Part shown: positions 41,559 to 51,774 of the stretch, one piece after another
How positions within the stretch are numbered: the first letter of the stretch is position 1
Layout: every line of letters starts with the position of its first letter
Sequence record: SRR2962707_1178
Length of the DNA stretch: 64,000 nucleotides
Strand: one strand, 5' to 3'
Translations under genes and position numbers: made by a program
The notes under the pieces: generated by a model
The model's input: the letters and a program-made list of their open reading frames with translations, nothing else
Database searches by the model: none
Told to the model about the DNA's origin: nothing

Positions 41559-43544
41559 TTATTGATCAAAGCGAAAAGACAATAAAGTGATGTCGTCTCG
41601 TTGCGGCTGATCGCCCATGTACGTTTTTAATGCCTCTACAAATGCGGAAGCTTGGTCATTCAATGGTAGCTCCGCATTCTCTTGTAATAAGGACTCGAAG
41701 CGACGATTCCCAAAACCGAATTTTTTCTCTCCGCCGGCTTGGTCCAAGAAGCCATCGGTGGTCATATAGTAAGTCCAACCCGATACTGGCAAGTCCACAT
41801 TTACATACTCACCTAGGCGTCTGTCTCCTAGCGCTCGACGCGACGGCTTAAACTTCACGACGTCTTCACCATTGCTAGCATACAAGCCAATCTTAGCACC
41901 AGCAAATCGCATATTCTTGTTATCTTTCGAAATATAAACCAATCCGACATCTGCGTTCGTGGCCACTCGATCACCACTGGCGTCTTCATTCAACATGGAA
42001 CGCAAGGTGCTATCAATAGAATGCAATAAAGCGGCTGGGTCTTGAATGCCGACTTCCGTGGTGGCATGGTCGATCGCCGCGCGCATTAGCATGGTCATCA
42101 AAGCCCCCGGCACACCATGACCAGCACAATCAACAATGCCTAATAAACAACCGTCATCAGAGTGTTTAAAAACATAGAAATCACCGCCAACCACATCCCT
42201 AGGACGCCACACCACACTATGGTGTTCACCCAAGAATTGTTTCATTTGTCGGTCGGGTAAAATCGCCTTTTGAATCAAGCTTGCATAGTCAATGGACGCG
42301 CCAATTTTCCGATGGGCTTCGGCCATTTCTTGATGGGTAGCTTGCAGCTGAGTGGTTCGCTCAGTGACCTTACGTTCTAATTCTTCCGTGTGGTTTCTAA
42401 CCTGTTTCGCCATATTGTTAAAGGTTCGACTTAGATCGCCAATTTCATCATTGCCCGTTACCGGCAAACTGACATCGTAAGAGCCCCCTTCCATTGCTTT
42501 GGCCGAAGATTGCAAATGACGAATCGGAGAAATAACCAAACGCTCGACCGCGAAGCCAAAAACAGCGAGCAACAAAATCAACAATATAACAAACACACTG
42601 GCCGTCGGCAGCAACACCTTCATGTTCAACAAATTGACATTGTTCAAGTCAACGTTGGTCACCACATACCAATCCAGTAATGGGAAATACATAAAGGACA
42701 TCAACTGCTGCGTTCCCTTTTGCTGCACCATGACAGAAACAACATTGGCGTCCAGGCCTCGGGCTTTTTCCATGGCCTGTTTTACCTTTTGTTTAGACGC
42801 ATTATCGTCTAGTAAGGCAAAAATCGAACGGGCGCCGTAATTGCCATCCAAGGTATCAAAGGCGATTAAATCCTTGTCTTGATGAGCCTCAATCCCGCCA
42901 TTGGCATTAATAATAAAAGGGTGAACGCCAGCCACAGGCGTGCTGGTGTACTCATCCAGAAAATGGCTCAAATCAAAGCCCGTGCCAGCCAAACCGACAA
43001 AAACACCTTTGTTTTTTACTAGGTAATTGACCCAAATTTTGGTGACTTTTAAATGTTCATCTTCATCAACATTAATATTAAAGGGCGCTAACTGCTGACG
43101 AGTATGGAAATACCAATCGTCACGAGGACTAGCGTGGGATATCCGGTATTTTGGCGTCATGCTAAAAGGATTATTGGCGTCGGCAAAATAATAATCTTTC
43201 GTCGCATCGGTAACGAAAAACATCGAATGATCTTGAAATACTCCTAAAAAGCCTTTTGCGTCTTCCACAAACGCCGCTTGTTTTTCACTGTTAGTCGGGT
43301 CTTGCATCCACTCTCGAACCGTCGAGGTGTCCGCAAACCGCTCCGCCAAAGCTAACTCGCGAGAAATAGGGGTTAGAATTTTTTGATAGTTCAGTTCGGT
43401 AAAACTTTTGGCGTAATTTTTAGCCGAATACAGCTTACCTTCTTTTAATAGAAGCCAACCCATAAATGTCGTAAACAACAGGGCTAGAAAGCAGGTAACA
43501 GCCAATGCAAACAATGATTTACCACGTAATCCCCAACGAGCCAT
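41559..43544 (-). CDS. siaA: SiaA membrane sensor with HAMP and PP2C/SpoIIE phosphatase domain
   Basis: MARWGLRGKS N-terminus, two TMs, HAMP DEIGDL, VGGDFY, DCAGHGVPGA, TDG..DQ, QRDDIT. Confidence 0.92.
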   Translation of the reverse strand: MARWGLRGKSLFALAVTCFLALLFTTFMGWLLLKEGKLYSAKNYAKSFTELNYQKILTPISRELALAERFADTSTVREWMQDPTNSEKQAAFVEDAKGFLGVFQDHSMFFVTDATKDYYFADANNPFSMTPKYRISHASPRDDWYFHTRQQLAPFNINVDEDEHLKVTKIWVNYLVKNKGVFVGLAGTGFDLSHFLDEYTSTPVAGVHPFIINANGGIEAHQDKDLIAFDTLDGNYGARSIFALLDDNASKQKVKQAMEKARGLDANVVSVMVQQKGTQQLMSFMYFPLLDWYVVTNVDLNNVNLLNMKVLLPTASVFVILLILLLAVFGFAVERLVISPIRHLQSSAKAMEGGSYDVSLPVTGNDEIGDLSRTFNNMAKQVRNHTEELERKVTERTTQLQATHQEMAEAHRKIGASIDYASLIQKAILPDRQMKQFLGEHHSVVWRPRDVVGGDFYVFKHSDDGCLLGIVDCAGHGVPGALMTMLMRAAIDHATTEVGIQDPAALLHSIDSTLRSMLNEDASGDRVATNADVGLVYISKDNKNMRFAGAKIGLYASNGEDVVKFKPSRRALGDRRLGEYVNVDLPVSGWTYYMTTDGFLDQAGGEKKFGFGNRRFESLLQENAELPLNDQASAFVEALKTYMGDQPQRDDITLLSFRFDQ

Positions 43545-43619
43545 ACAGAAAAAACCTTACCAATAAGTTAAACGTTAATACGTTCTAAACAAGTCATAGT
43601 ATTCGACAAATAATGCCAA

Positions 43620-46583
43620 TTAGTTCGTATCTTCCGTTATAACAAACTCATTGCTCGGTTGTGGGCGCCCTAACAAAAATCCTTGGTAAAGATCACATCC
43701 GTGATTCTTCAGCCAGTCAAATTGGGCTTGCGTCTCAACCCCTTCGGCAATCACTTCCATGCCTAAATTGTGCCCCAAACCTATGATCGACGCCGCCAAC
43801 GAAGCTTGCTTATCGCTTTCTTCTATCGCACGGGTGAAGGATTGGTCTATTTTTAGTTGATCAATCGGCAACTGCTGCAAATAAGACAAAGAAGAGTAGC
43901 CTGTACCAAAATCATCCAACGAAATCAGAACACCAAGTTTTTTCAGTGCCTGCATTTTTTGGATAATATCTAACTGATCTCGTACCAGCATGCTCTCCGT
44001 CAATTCTAACTGTATCTGCGCAGGATTGACGCCCGTCTGCGTCAAGGCATCTTCCACTTCAGAGACAAAATCTACCGTGGTAAATTGCAACACACTGACA
44101 TTGATCGACATGACAAGATCACTCCATTGAGTGGTTTTTTGCCAGCTGGCCAGTTGCGCCATCGCGCTCTGCATTACCCAGCGTCCGAGCGGTAAAATCA
44201 GTTTAGATTCTTCTGCGAATGGAATAAAAACACCTGGCGGTATCATGCCTTTTTCTGGGTGAATCCAGCGCACTAGCGCTTCAACACCGATCATTTTCCG
44301 CTCGCTATTCCATTGTGGCTGAAAATGTAAAACAAATTCATTGCGCTGCAAAGCCAATCTGAAGCTACTGTCTAGCGTGACTCGTTCAAGAATTTTCTCA
44401 TGCATTTGAGGAGCATAAAAACACACATGATTACGGCCCAAGCCTTTGGCTTCATACATCGCCATTTCAGCTTGCTTAATAATTTCATCACTGCCGATGG
44501 CGTCTTGGCCAAAGATGGCGATACCAATACTCGCCGTCATCGAATAAGGCTGTTCATTTAACTCGAAAGGCTGCCCTAACGACGTCATTATTTTATTCGC
44601 AACATGTTTGGCGCGGTAAGCAATGCGATCTGGATTTAACGAGATGTCCACATCTTCTAAAATCACCACAAACTCATCGCCACTAAAGCGCGCCACAGAA
44701 TCACCTGAGCGAGTAGCGTCCATCAAACGAGAAGCCACTTGCTGTAGCAGAAGATCCCCTAAATGGTGACCTTTTAAATCGTTCACATCTTTAAAGTGAT
44801 CTAAATCGATAAACAAAACCGCACTACGACGGCACTTAAGGTCAATATGAGTCAGCAGATAATCAATTTCTTCTGTCAACATACGACGGTTTGGTAAACG
44901 CGTTAAGCTGTCGTAATAATTAAGCTGATTAATACGGCGCTCATTGGCTTTGCTCTCAGAGATATCTTTAAAGGTCGCGACATAATGAGTCAGCACGCCT
45001 TCGTCATCTTTTACGATGGAAATGCTTAGCCACTCAGGAAAAATTTCGCCATTTTTACGACGATTCCAAACCTCCCCTTCCCAGCTGTCGTTTTCTTTAA
45101 TGCGTTGAAACATTTCCCGATAAAACGATTTAGGGTGACGGCCGGAACTGATCACACTCGGTAGAGCTCCAATCACTTCGGATTCTTTATAACCCGTAAT
45201 GGCTTCAAAGGCTGAGTTGACTCGTATAATTTTGTTGTCCGCGTCTGAAATCAAAATACCATCTTGAGTTTGGAAGGCGGTCGCCGCGATACGCAACTCA
45301 GATTCTACCGATTTGCGCTCAGTAATTTCTCGCGACAATAAGATGTAAAAGCCGTTTCCGCTTTCATTGTCACCAGTGTAAGTCATGGAGATCTCAAACC
45401 ATCGACGATGTTCACCAAAGTCATAGTAGTATTCTTGGCCATTGGCATAGCCCTCTTTTTTCGCTTGCTCCATCACTTTCTTAAAAATTGCGGTCGACTC
45501 TTCTCCTAACAACTCACTAAAATGCTTGCCTATCGGCCAGTCCGTTTTCTGATACCAGGCATCCATTCTCGGTGAATGGTAAGACGTTACGACACCACTC
45601 TCATCGGCTTCATAAAAGGAATCGGGCAATGCGGATAAAATCGCTTTCATACGCAAGTTAGAAGTACTTAGTTGTGCGGTGCGTTGTCCGATAAGCTCCT
45701 CAAGGTTCACTTTTCCTTCGCGCATTTTCAATGCCACAAACACCAGCCGCCCAAACAAGAGGCTCATCAGCAACACAATGAGAAAGTCACCAATCACAAC
45801 CCAGGGAGACAGCCAATGACCTTGTGGTGACAACATTAACTGCCAACGCCCATTCGGCACCGCGATTGTCACCGCGATATGATCGTTACTGACGGCTTGT
45901 TTTGAAGAGGCAATCACAACAGCCGATTCACTTCGCTCTTCCTGTAACTTCGTCAGTTGGTAGTTAAAACCGCCGTTATCCAGGTCGGTGAAATTCACAT
46001 AACGCAACAAGTCTTCAAGGCGAATAATGACATTGGTAAACCCCCAAAAAACCGGTTCACTGTCATCGTATTGCGGCAAGTAAACAGGCAAGCGTCCAAT
46101 CACCCCTTCGCCACCTTGAATCAAGTCCATAGGACCGGCAAGAGTGAGCTTTCCGTCTTCTTTCGCCTGTAGTGTTTCTTTTCCTTGCTCTAAGTCTGTT
46201 AACTGATCAAAACCTAATGCGGATTTATTCTCTTCAAAAGGAAAAACCTGACGCACAATGCCATCAGGGGAAAGCGCGAAGCTGGATACATCTGGATAAT
46301 CTTTTTGCAGGTTTGCTGCGAAGGAAGGGAACCAATCCGTTCTTTCATGCTCTCTAGCGGCCACCGCTGCCAGGGCATAATTTGCAGACAAATTTTTATC
46401 GAGTGCGGTTTTTAATAATAAAACATGACTTTGCGCTAGAGAGAGCGCCACAGATTTCTTTGTTTGTAGTTGCTGGTGCAAAATTTTTGTCGTTGCGAAA
46501 CCAAATACAAGCAACACAAGGACAAAAACGGCGACACCAGCGCGTTTCGGTCGAGCCAATAGTGTATGAAATATTCGATGCAT
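43620..46583 (-). CDS. CHASE-PAS-PAS-GGDEF-EAL membrane signalling protein
   Basis: LAGPMDLIQGG.G.IGR.PV (CHASE), PAS (W.GEVWNRRKNG), RSGD...SGDEF, EALVRW, DDFGTGYSSL. Confidence 0.9.
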   Translation of the reverse strand: MHRIFHTLLARPKRAGVAVFVLVLLVFGFATTKILHQQLQTKKSVALSLAQSHVLLLKTALDKNLSANYALAAVAAREHERTDWFPSFAANLQKDYPDVSSFALSPDGIVRQVFPFEENKSALGFDQLTDLEQGKETLQAKEDGKLTLAGPMDLIQGGEGVIGRLPVYLPQYDDSEPVFWGFTNVIIRLEDLLRYVNFTDLDNGGFNYQLTKLQEERSESAVVIASSKQAVSNDHIAVTIAVPNGRWQLMLSPQGHWLSPWVVIGDFLIVLLMSLLFGRLVFVALKMREGKVNLEELIGQRTAQLSTSNLRMKAILSALPDSFYEADESGVVTSYHSPRMDAWYQKTDWPIGKHFSELLGEESTAIFKKVMEQAKKEGYANGQEYYYDFGEHRRWFEISMTYTGDNESGNGFYILLSREITERKSVESELRIAATAFQTQDGILISDADNKIIRVNSAFEAITGYKESEVIGALPSVISSGRHPKSFYREMFQRIKENDSWEGEVWNRRKNGEIFPEWLSISIVKDDEGVLTHYVATFKDISESKANERRINQLNYYDSLTRLPNRRMLTEEIDYLLTHIDLKCRRSAVLFIDLDHFKDVNDLKGHHLGDLLLQQVASRLMDATRSGDSVARFSGDEFVVILEDVDISLNPDRIAYRAKHVANKIMTSLGQPFELNEQPYSMTASIGIAIFGQDAIGSDEIIKQAEMAMYEAKGLGRNHVCFYAPQMHEKILERVTLDSSFRLALQRNEFVLHFQPQWNSERKMIGVEALVRWIHPEKGMIPPGVFIPFAEESKLILPLGRWVMQSAMAQLASWQKTTQWSDLVMSINVSVLQFTTVDFVSEVEDALTQTGVNPAQIQLELTESMLVRDQLDIIQKMQALKKLGVLISLDDFGTGYSSLSYLQQLPIDQLKIDQSFTRAIEESDKQASLAASIIGLGHNLGMEVIAEGVETQAQFDWLKNHGCDLYQGFLLGRPQPSNEFVITEDTN

Positions 46584-46789
46584 TATTACCAGCCAACCTA
46601 TGAAGAATACATTTAAATTCTGAAGTCAAAATAAAGCTTACATGCTACTACACACCCCTTTATTAATCGAGGCTCTCACATGGCTTTACAGACATAGAGC
46701 AAAGAAACGCAAAAAAGATATCTTTAGATATCAATCCATTATGAAAAAACCAATAAAAATAAAGATATCGAACTTGACCAAGACCAAAA

Positions 46790-46826
46790 GTTACCGGTAA
46801 CATACGACTCTTAAGTTACCGGTAAC
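46790..46826. promoter_or_regulatory. Two GntR (LacI-type gluconate repressor) operators
   Basis: GTTACCGGTAAC at 46790-46801 and 46815-46826, just downstream of TTGACC (46774). Confidence 0.85.
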
Positions 46827-46883
46827 AAATACTGGTATTAGCAATCCATTTTCCAAAAACAATAAACATCGGGAAGCGATCTT

Positions 46884-47900
46884 ATGAGCAAGTTAATGAC
46901 CACACTGACCTCTGTTGCTCTAGCAGGGGTTTTGTCTACTTCCGCATTCGCGGCAGACTACAAATTTAAATTCCAGTCCTCTGACCCATCAGGTGATAAA
47001 AATTACCAGATTCAGCAGGAATGGGTAAAACGAGTTGAAACCATGTCTGGCGGTCGCGTGCACATTGATTTGCTTCCTGTTGGCAGTGTGTTCAAACACA
47101 CCGAAACCCTAGATGGCATTAAAATGGGCATCTTGGACGGGCAAATCACCGCAACAAGTTACTTCTCAGGTAAAGATCCAGCGTTCGGACTGATTGGTAA
47201 TACCGTCGGCGCTTGGTCCAATACTCAGCAACTTCTACAGTACATTAACTACGGCGGTGGTTACGAGTTGATGAATGAACTTTACGCTCCTTACGGCGTG
47301 AAATTCATTGGTGGCTCAACGACTGGTGTTGAAGCCTTAGTCTCTCGAGTCCCTCTAGACAGCGTTGCGGATCTAAAAGGCCTAAAAATTCGAGCGCCTG
47401 AAGGCCTTGTTCAGCAAGTCTTCGCCGCTGCGGGTGCCGCGCCGGTAAACTTACCAGGTTCTGAAGTCTTTACGGGCTTAAGCAAAGGCGTTATTGATGC
47501 CGCTGATTACACTGTTTTCTCGACAAACCAGAAAGCCGGCATGAACGACATTGCAACGCACCCTGTGTACCCAGGCTTCCATTCTTTGCCATTGATTGAT
47601 ATCTCTATGAGCAAGAAAAAATGGGACAAATTGCCTGCCGACATTCAAGCGATTCTAACCGTTTCTGTTCGTGATTTTGCAGAAGACATCACCACGCAAT
47701 TGCGCATCGCAGATGAAGCCGCTGTGAAGGTGGCTAAAGCCAACCCGAAGATCACCATTCATAACTGGTCTCCAGAAGAACGTAAGAAGTTCCGTGCTAT
47801 TGCTCGTGTACAGTGGAAAGAGTTTGCTAAACGCTCACCAAATGCACAAAAAGTGTACGACTCTATCACTACTTACCTAGAAGAAAACGGCCTTCTATAA
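46884..47900 (+). CDS. TRAP substrate-binding protein (DctP family), probably for gluconate or a related sugar acid
   Basis: Signal peptide, DLKGLKIRAP, GVIDAAD; GntR operators upstream, gntK-gntR downstream. Confidence 0.88.
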   Translation: MSKLMTTLTSVALAGVLSTSAFAADYKFKFQSSDPSGDKNYQIQQEWVKRVETMSGGRVHIDLLPVGSVFKHTETLDGIKMGILDGQITATSYFSGKDPAFGLIGNTVGAWSNTQQLLQYINYGGGYELMNELYAPYGVKFIGGSTTGVEALVSRVPLDSVADLKGLKIRAPEGLVQQVFAAAGAAPVNLPGSEVFTGLSKGVIDAADYTVFSTNQKAGMNDIATHPVYPGFHSLPLIDISMSKKKWDKLPADIQAILTVSVRDFAEDITTQLRIADEAAVKVAKANPKITIHNWSPEERKKFRAIARVQWKEFAKRSPNAQKVYDSITTYLEENGLL

Positions 47901-48021
47901 TCTGCCGATTTTCATAGATAGAACAGCGCCTTTGCGTTGTTCTATCTCATTCTCTTAAACCTCGTTTATTAGCCTCGCGAAGAAGAGATTTTCTGTCTCA
48001 ACTTTACATTGGACCACTGCT

Positions 48022-48579
48022 ATGAAACCCGAAATAATTCACCCAGAAATAGACCCTTCTGAACAACCTCGTAACGGCTTAGATCACGTTATTCATGGGT
48101 TGGGCAATATCTTAAGTCTGTTGTTTATTTTTACCGTTGGTATTTCTTTTTATGAAGTATTAATGCGCTATCTATTCGACTCTCCAACCATTTGGGTGCA
48201 TGAAACGGCGTCGTTTATCGGCGGCTGCTTATTTGTCTATGGCGGAAGTTATGCCATGGCGACAAATAAACACGTTCGCGTGGTACTGATTTACGACATT
48301 GTTTCCGACACTGCTCGTCGCTATTTAAATGTCTTCCACCATATTCTGGGATTGGTATTTACCAGTTTGCTTATTTGGGCGTCATTTCAGATGGTACATG
48401 ACTCTTGGTTATCACCACTTGGTGGATGGTATTTAGAAACCTCTGGTTCTGCGTGGAATCCCGCTTTTCCAGCCTTAGTAAAAGGCACTATTTTTCTGAC
48501 AATTTGTCTGATGTTTGCGCAATTTTTCTTACACCTTATTCAAGAGATTAATGGCCTAAGGAAGCATAAAAATGTTTGA
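48022..48579 (+). CDS. TRAP small permease (DctQ)
   Basis: EVLMRYLFDSPTIWVHE, HVRV. Confidence 0.9.
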   Translation: MKPEIIHPEIDPSEQPRNGLDHVIHGLGNILSLLFIFTVGISFYEVLMRYLFDSPTIWVHETASFIGGCLFVYGGSYAMATNKHVRVVLIYDIVSDTARRYLNVFHHILGLVFTSLLIWASFQMVHDSWLSPLGGWYLETSGSAWNPAFPALVKGTIFLTICLMFAQFFLHLIQEINGLRKHKNV

Positions 48580-49888
48580 TTTATCCTCCCTAGGAATAGG
48601 CTATGGCAGCCTATTAATGCTCGGTTCAATGATTTTCTTATTGCTAACCGGCATGCAACTCGCGTTTGTTACCCTACTCGTTGCCATGTTTTTTGCTATT
48701 GGTTGGTTTGGTGTAGGGGCATTGCCTCTGGTTACCAGCCGCTTATACAGTTTTGTCGGCAGTTATGTGTTCTTGGCTGTGCCAATGTTTGTTCTGATGG
48801 CCGCCTTGCTCGATCGTTCCGGTATCGCCCGCGACTTATTTGACGCGATGAAGGTATTCGGTAGAAAGCTACGTGGTGGCGTTGCGGTTCAAACCTTATT
48901 AGTGGCCATTGTATTGGCGTCTATGTCTGGTGTGATTGGTGGCGAAACCGTGCTGCTGGGCATTCTTGCTTTGCCGCAGATGCTCCGCCTTGGCTACAAC
49001 CGTAAGCTGGCAATTGGTACCACCTGTGCTGGTGGTGCGTTAGGCACCATGTTGCCACCCAGTATTGTCCTGATCATCTATGGTTTAACCGCCAGTGTTT
49101 CGATCGGCGAACTGTTTAAAGCCGCCTTTCTTCCTGCGCTGTTGCTCGCTTTTGCCTACATGGCGTATGTGTTGATTATTTGTCGTTTGCACCCTGAGTA
49201 CGCGCCGCTTCCTACGGAAGAAGAGCTCGCAGAAGATGCCAACGTCAACTATTTCAAGGCCTTGTTCTTCCCGCTACTGTCTGTGGCTGTCGTGTTGGGC
49301 AGTATTTACACCGGTGTGGCGTCTGTGACCGAAGCGTCTGCATTAGGGGTGGTAGGAATCATGATCAGCGCGGTGATTCGCGGTGAAATGAGCTTCTCCA
49401 TGCTAAAAGAAAGCGCCAAAGCCACTATGAGCACCTGTGGCATGATTATTTGGATCGGTATTGGTGCCACCGCGTTGGTAGGCGTTTATAACCTGATGGG
49501 CGGCATCGACTTTGTCGAAACAACCATTTTGGCCTTAAGCGGCGGCAGCGTAATGGGCACCGTTTTGATCATGATGTTGGTGCTATTTGTGCTCGGCATG
49601 TTTCTTGACTGGGTGGGCGTTGCCTTGCTCACCATGCCTATTTTTGTCCCTATTATCATGAACTTAGGACTAGATCCTGTGTGGTTCGGCGTGGTCTTCT
49701 GTTTGAACATGCAAGTATCATTCTTATCCCCACCGTTTGGTCCTGCTGCGTTTTACCTAAAATCCGTAGCCCCTAAAGACATTAGCCTAGGCGAAATCTT
49801 CAGTTCTTTGTTGCCCTTTATCGGCTTACAAATTCTGGTATTAGCACTGGTTGTCTTCTTCCCTCAGCTGGCTTTGTGGTGGAAATAA
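48572..49888 (+). CDS. TRAP large permease (DctM)
   Basis: AVPMFVLMA, GGALGTMLPPSIVL, SVTEAS, SFLSPPFG. Confidence 0.92.
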   Translation: MFDLSSLGIGYGSLLMLGSMIFLLLTGMQLAFVTLLVAMFFAIGWFGVGALPLVTSRLYSFVGSYVFLAVPMFVLMAALLDRSGIARDLFDAMKVFGRKLRGGVAVQTLLVAIVLASMSGVIGGETVLLGILALPQMLRLGYNRKLAIGTTCAGGALGTMLPPSIVLIIYGLTASVSIGELFKAAFLPALLLAFAYMAYVLIICRLHPEYAPLPTEEELAEDANVNYFKALFFPLLSVAVVLGSIYTGVASVTEASALGVVGIMISAVIRGEMSFSMLKESAKATMSTCGMIIWIGIGATALVGVYNLMGGIDFVETTILALSGGSVMGTVLIMMLVLFVLGMFLDWVGVALLTMPIFVPIIMNLGLDPVWFGVVFCLNMQVSFLSPPFGPAAFYLKSVAPKDISLGEIFSSLLPFIGLQILVLALVVFFPQLALWWK

Positions 49889-49975
49889 TTAATCCTAGGT
49901 CATGCCGTTCAACACGGCTTTTTGAACGTACGGTCTTTGTCTCAATCAGCAAAGACCGTTAGGAGACATGAAGAA

Positions 49976-50464
49976 ATGATTAAAAAAATTATTGTATTGG
50001 GTGTATCTGGCTCAGGAAAATCCTCTATCGGACAGCGACTTGCTGAGCAACTAGGTTATCCATTTTTTGACGGCGACGATTACCACTGCGACGCAAACGT
50101 GAAGAAGATGGCCACCGGCACTCCGTTGAACGATGAAGATCGTATGGGCTGGTTAGCCACGCTTAACCAACTGCTTCAAGACACCGATAAGGCCGTCATC
50201 GCCTGCTCAGGACTCAAGCCGGAATATCGCAATATCTTACGCAACGGCGTCGATCAACTCGCCATGGTGTACTTAAAAGGCGACATTGAAACCATCTGGC
50301 AGCGTCATCAAAAGCGCGACGGCCATTATTTTAAAGGCCGTGGCATGCTCGAAAGCCAATTTGCCACCTTAATTGAGCCAACCTCTGATGAAGCCATTAT
50401 TGTCGACATCGATCAAGAAGTGGATGCCGTCGTCAACGAAGCCTTGCAACAACTAAAGCCGTAA
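49976..50464 (+). CDS. gntK: Gluconokinase
   Basis: GVSGSGKS, DGDDYH, NV.KM..G.PL.DEDR..W, ACS.LK, MLESQF.TL.EP; start re-set to the ATG after AGGAG. Confidence 0.93.
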   Translation: MIKKIIVLGVSGSGKSSIGQRLAEQLGYPFFDGDDYHCDANVKKMATGTPLNDEDRMGWLATLNQLLQDTDKAVIACSGLKPEYRNILRNGVDQLAMVYLKGDIETIWQRHQKRDGHYFKGRGMLESQFATLIEPTSDEAIIVDIDQEVDAVVNEALQQLKP

Positions 50465-50611
50465 TTTCACAAAGGCACCTTTCGTTGCGTGCCTTTCGTT
50501 TTAGATCCAAATGAAGTTAATACTCACTTCTACATTACTCCCTATAGATAAAGAGATTAGAAAGGCGTAATAGAGAAATTTTTCTTTCTCGTAGGCTGAG
50601 TGATATGCTAA

Positions 50612-50625
50612 TGTTACGTGTAACA
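50612..50625. promoter_or_regulatory. GntR operator upstream of gntR (autoregulation)
   Basis: TGTTACGTGTAACA. Confidence 0.75.
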
Positions 50626-50647
50626 ATGAGATGGATTTAAACAGAGA

Positions 50648-51643
50648 ATGAAAAAGAAACGCCCTACGCTTCAAGACGTAGCCGACCTTGTCGGCGTTAC
50701 CAAAATGACGGTCAGCCGCTATCTAAAAAGCGCCGATCTGGTTTCTTCTCCATTGCAAATCCGTATCCGCGACGCCTTAGACACCCTAGGCTATATTCCG
50801 AATCGCGCACCGGATATTTTATCCAATTCAAAAAGTCATGCGATTGGCGTGTTATTGCCTTCTTTGACCAACCAAGTGTTTTCTGAAGTCATTCGTGGTA
50901 TTGAAGCCGTCTTTGAACCCGCTGGTTACCAAACCATGTTGGCCCACTATGGCTACAGCCGAGAATCGGAAGAAGCCCGGATCGCAACCTTGCTGTCATA
51001 CAATGTGGATGGGCTGATTATCTCCGAGAGTTTCCACACCGATCGAGTACGAAAAATGCTCGAAGTGGCTGGGGTTCCTGTGATTGAAATCATGGATTCT
51101 GTGTCACCACCGATTGAACAAGCCATCGGCATTGATAACGAAGCCGCCGCTTATGCTATGACCAATTTTATGATTGAGAAAGGCCATCGAAAAGTGGTTT
51201 ATTTTGCCGCTCGCATGGACGAACGAACCCTACTCAAAATAAAAGGATACGAAAAAGCCATGCAAGATCATGGCTTTACCCCGTTATGCGTCAAAACCAC
51301 CAGCGCTTCTTCATTTACCCTTGGTGCGACTTTTTTAGAAGAAGTACTGAAGCAACAACCGGACACCGATGGCATCTTTTGCACCAATGATGACTTGGCA
51401 ATCGGGGCGCTTTACGCGTGTCAGAAAGCCGGTATTAAGGTGCCTGAAGAAATAGGCATTGCTGGGTTTCATGGCCATGATATTTCCCGTGCTATGGTGC
51501 CACTACTCGCCACCGTTATTACCCCTCGCGAGGAGATAGGTCGTTTGGCAGCGGAGCATTTACTGTCGCGTTTGCAAGGCAATCCTATCCAACAGCGCAT
51601 CATTGATTTGCCATTTCAGATCGAAGCCGGCGAAAGCCTCTAG
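50648..51643 (+). CDS. gntR: Gluconate regulon repressor GntR (LacI family)
   Basis: MKKKRPTLQDVA..VGVTKMTVSR, LGYIPNRAPDILSN..S.AIGVLLPSLTNQVF. Confidence 0.93.
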   Translation: MKKKRPTLQDVADLVGVTKMTVSRYLKSADLVSSPLQIRIRDALDTLGYIPNRAPDILSNSKSHAIGVLLPSLTNQVFSEVIRGIEAVFEPAGYQTMLAHYGYSRESEEARIATLLSYNVDGLIISESFHTDRVRKMLEVAGVPVIEIMDSVSPPIEQAIGIDNEAAAYAMTNFMIEKGHRKVVYFAARMDERTLLKIKGYEKAMQDHGFTPLCVKTTSASSFTLGATFLEEVLKQQPDTDGIFCTNDDLAIGALYACQKAGIKVPEEIGIAGFHGHDISRAMVPLLATVITPREEIGRLAAEHLLSRLQGNPIQQRIIDLPFQIEAGESL

Positions 51644-51720
51644 CACAAACTTGTGTGATAAATTTGGCGCCAATCTGGCATCAAATGTGACTATTGGATT
51701 GACAAAAAAGCAGCACATCT

Positions 51721-51761
51721 ATTTAATGAGACTTATTATCATTTGGTAATTCTCATTAAAT
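51721..51761. promoter_or_regulatory. Fur box region upstream of the fecI-like gene
   Basis: TTTAATGAGACTTATTATCATT, set within an 11-bp perfect inverted repeat ATTTAATGAGA...TCTCATTAAAT; TTGACA at 51699. Confidence 0.8.
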
Positions 51762-51774
51762 AAGAGGCGACAAC

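Noticed and set aside
46790..46826. Direct repeat AAGTTACCGGTAACA x2 as a mini-CRISPR or att site
   Set aside because: Only two short palindromic copies matching the GntR operator; no cas or integrase genes
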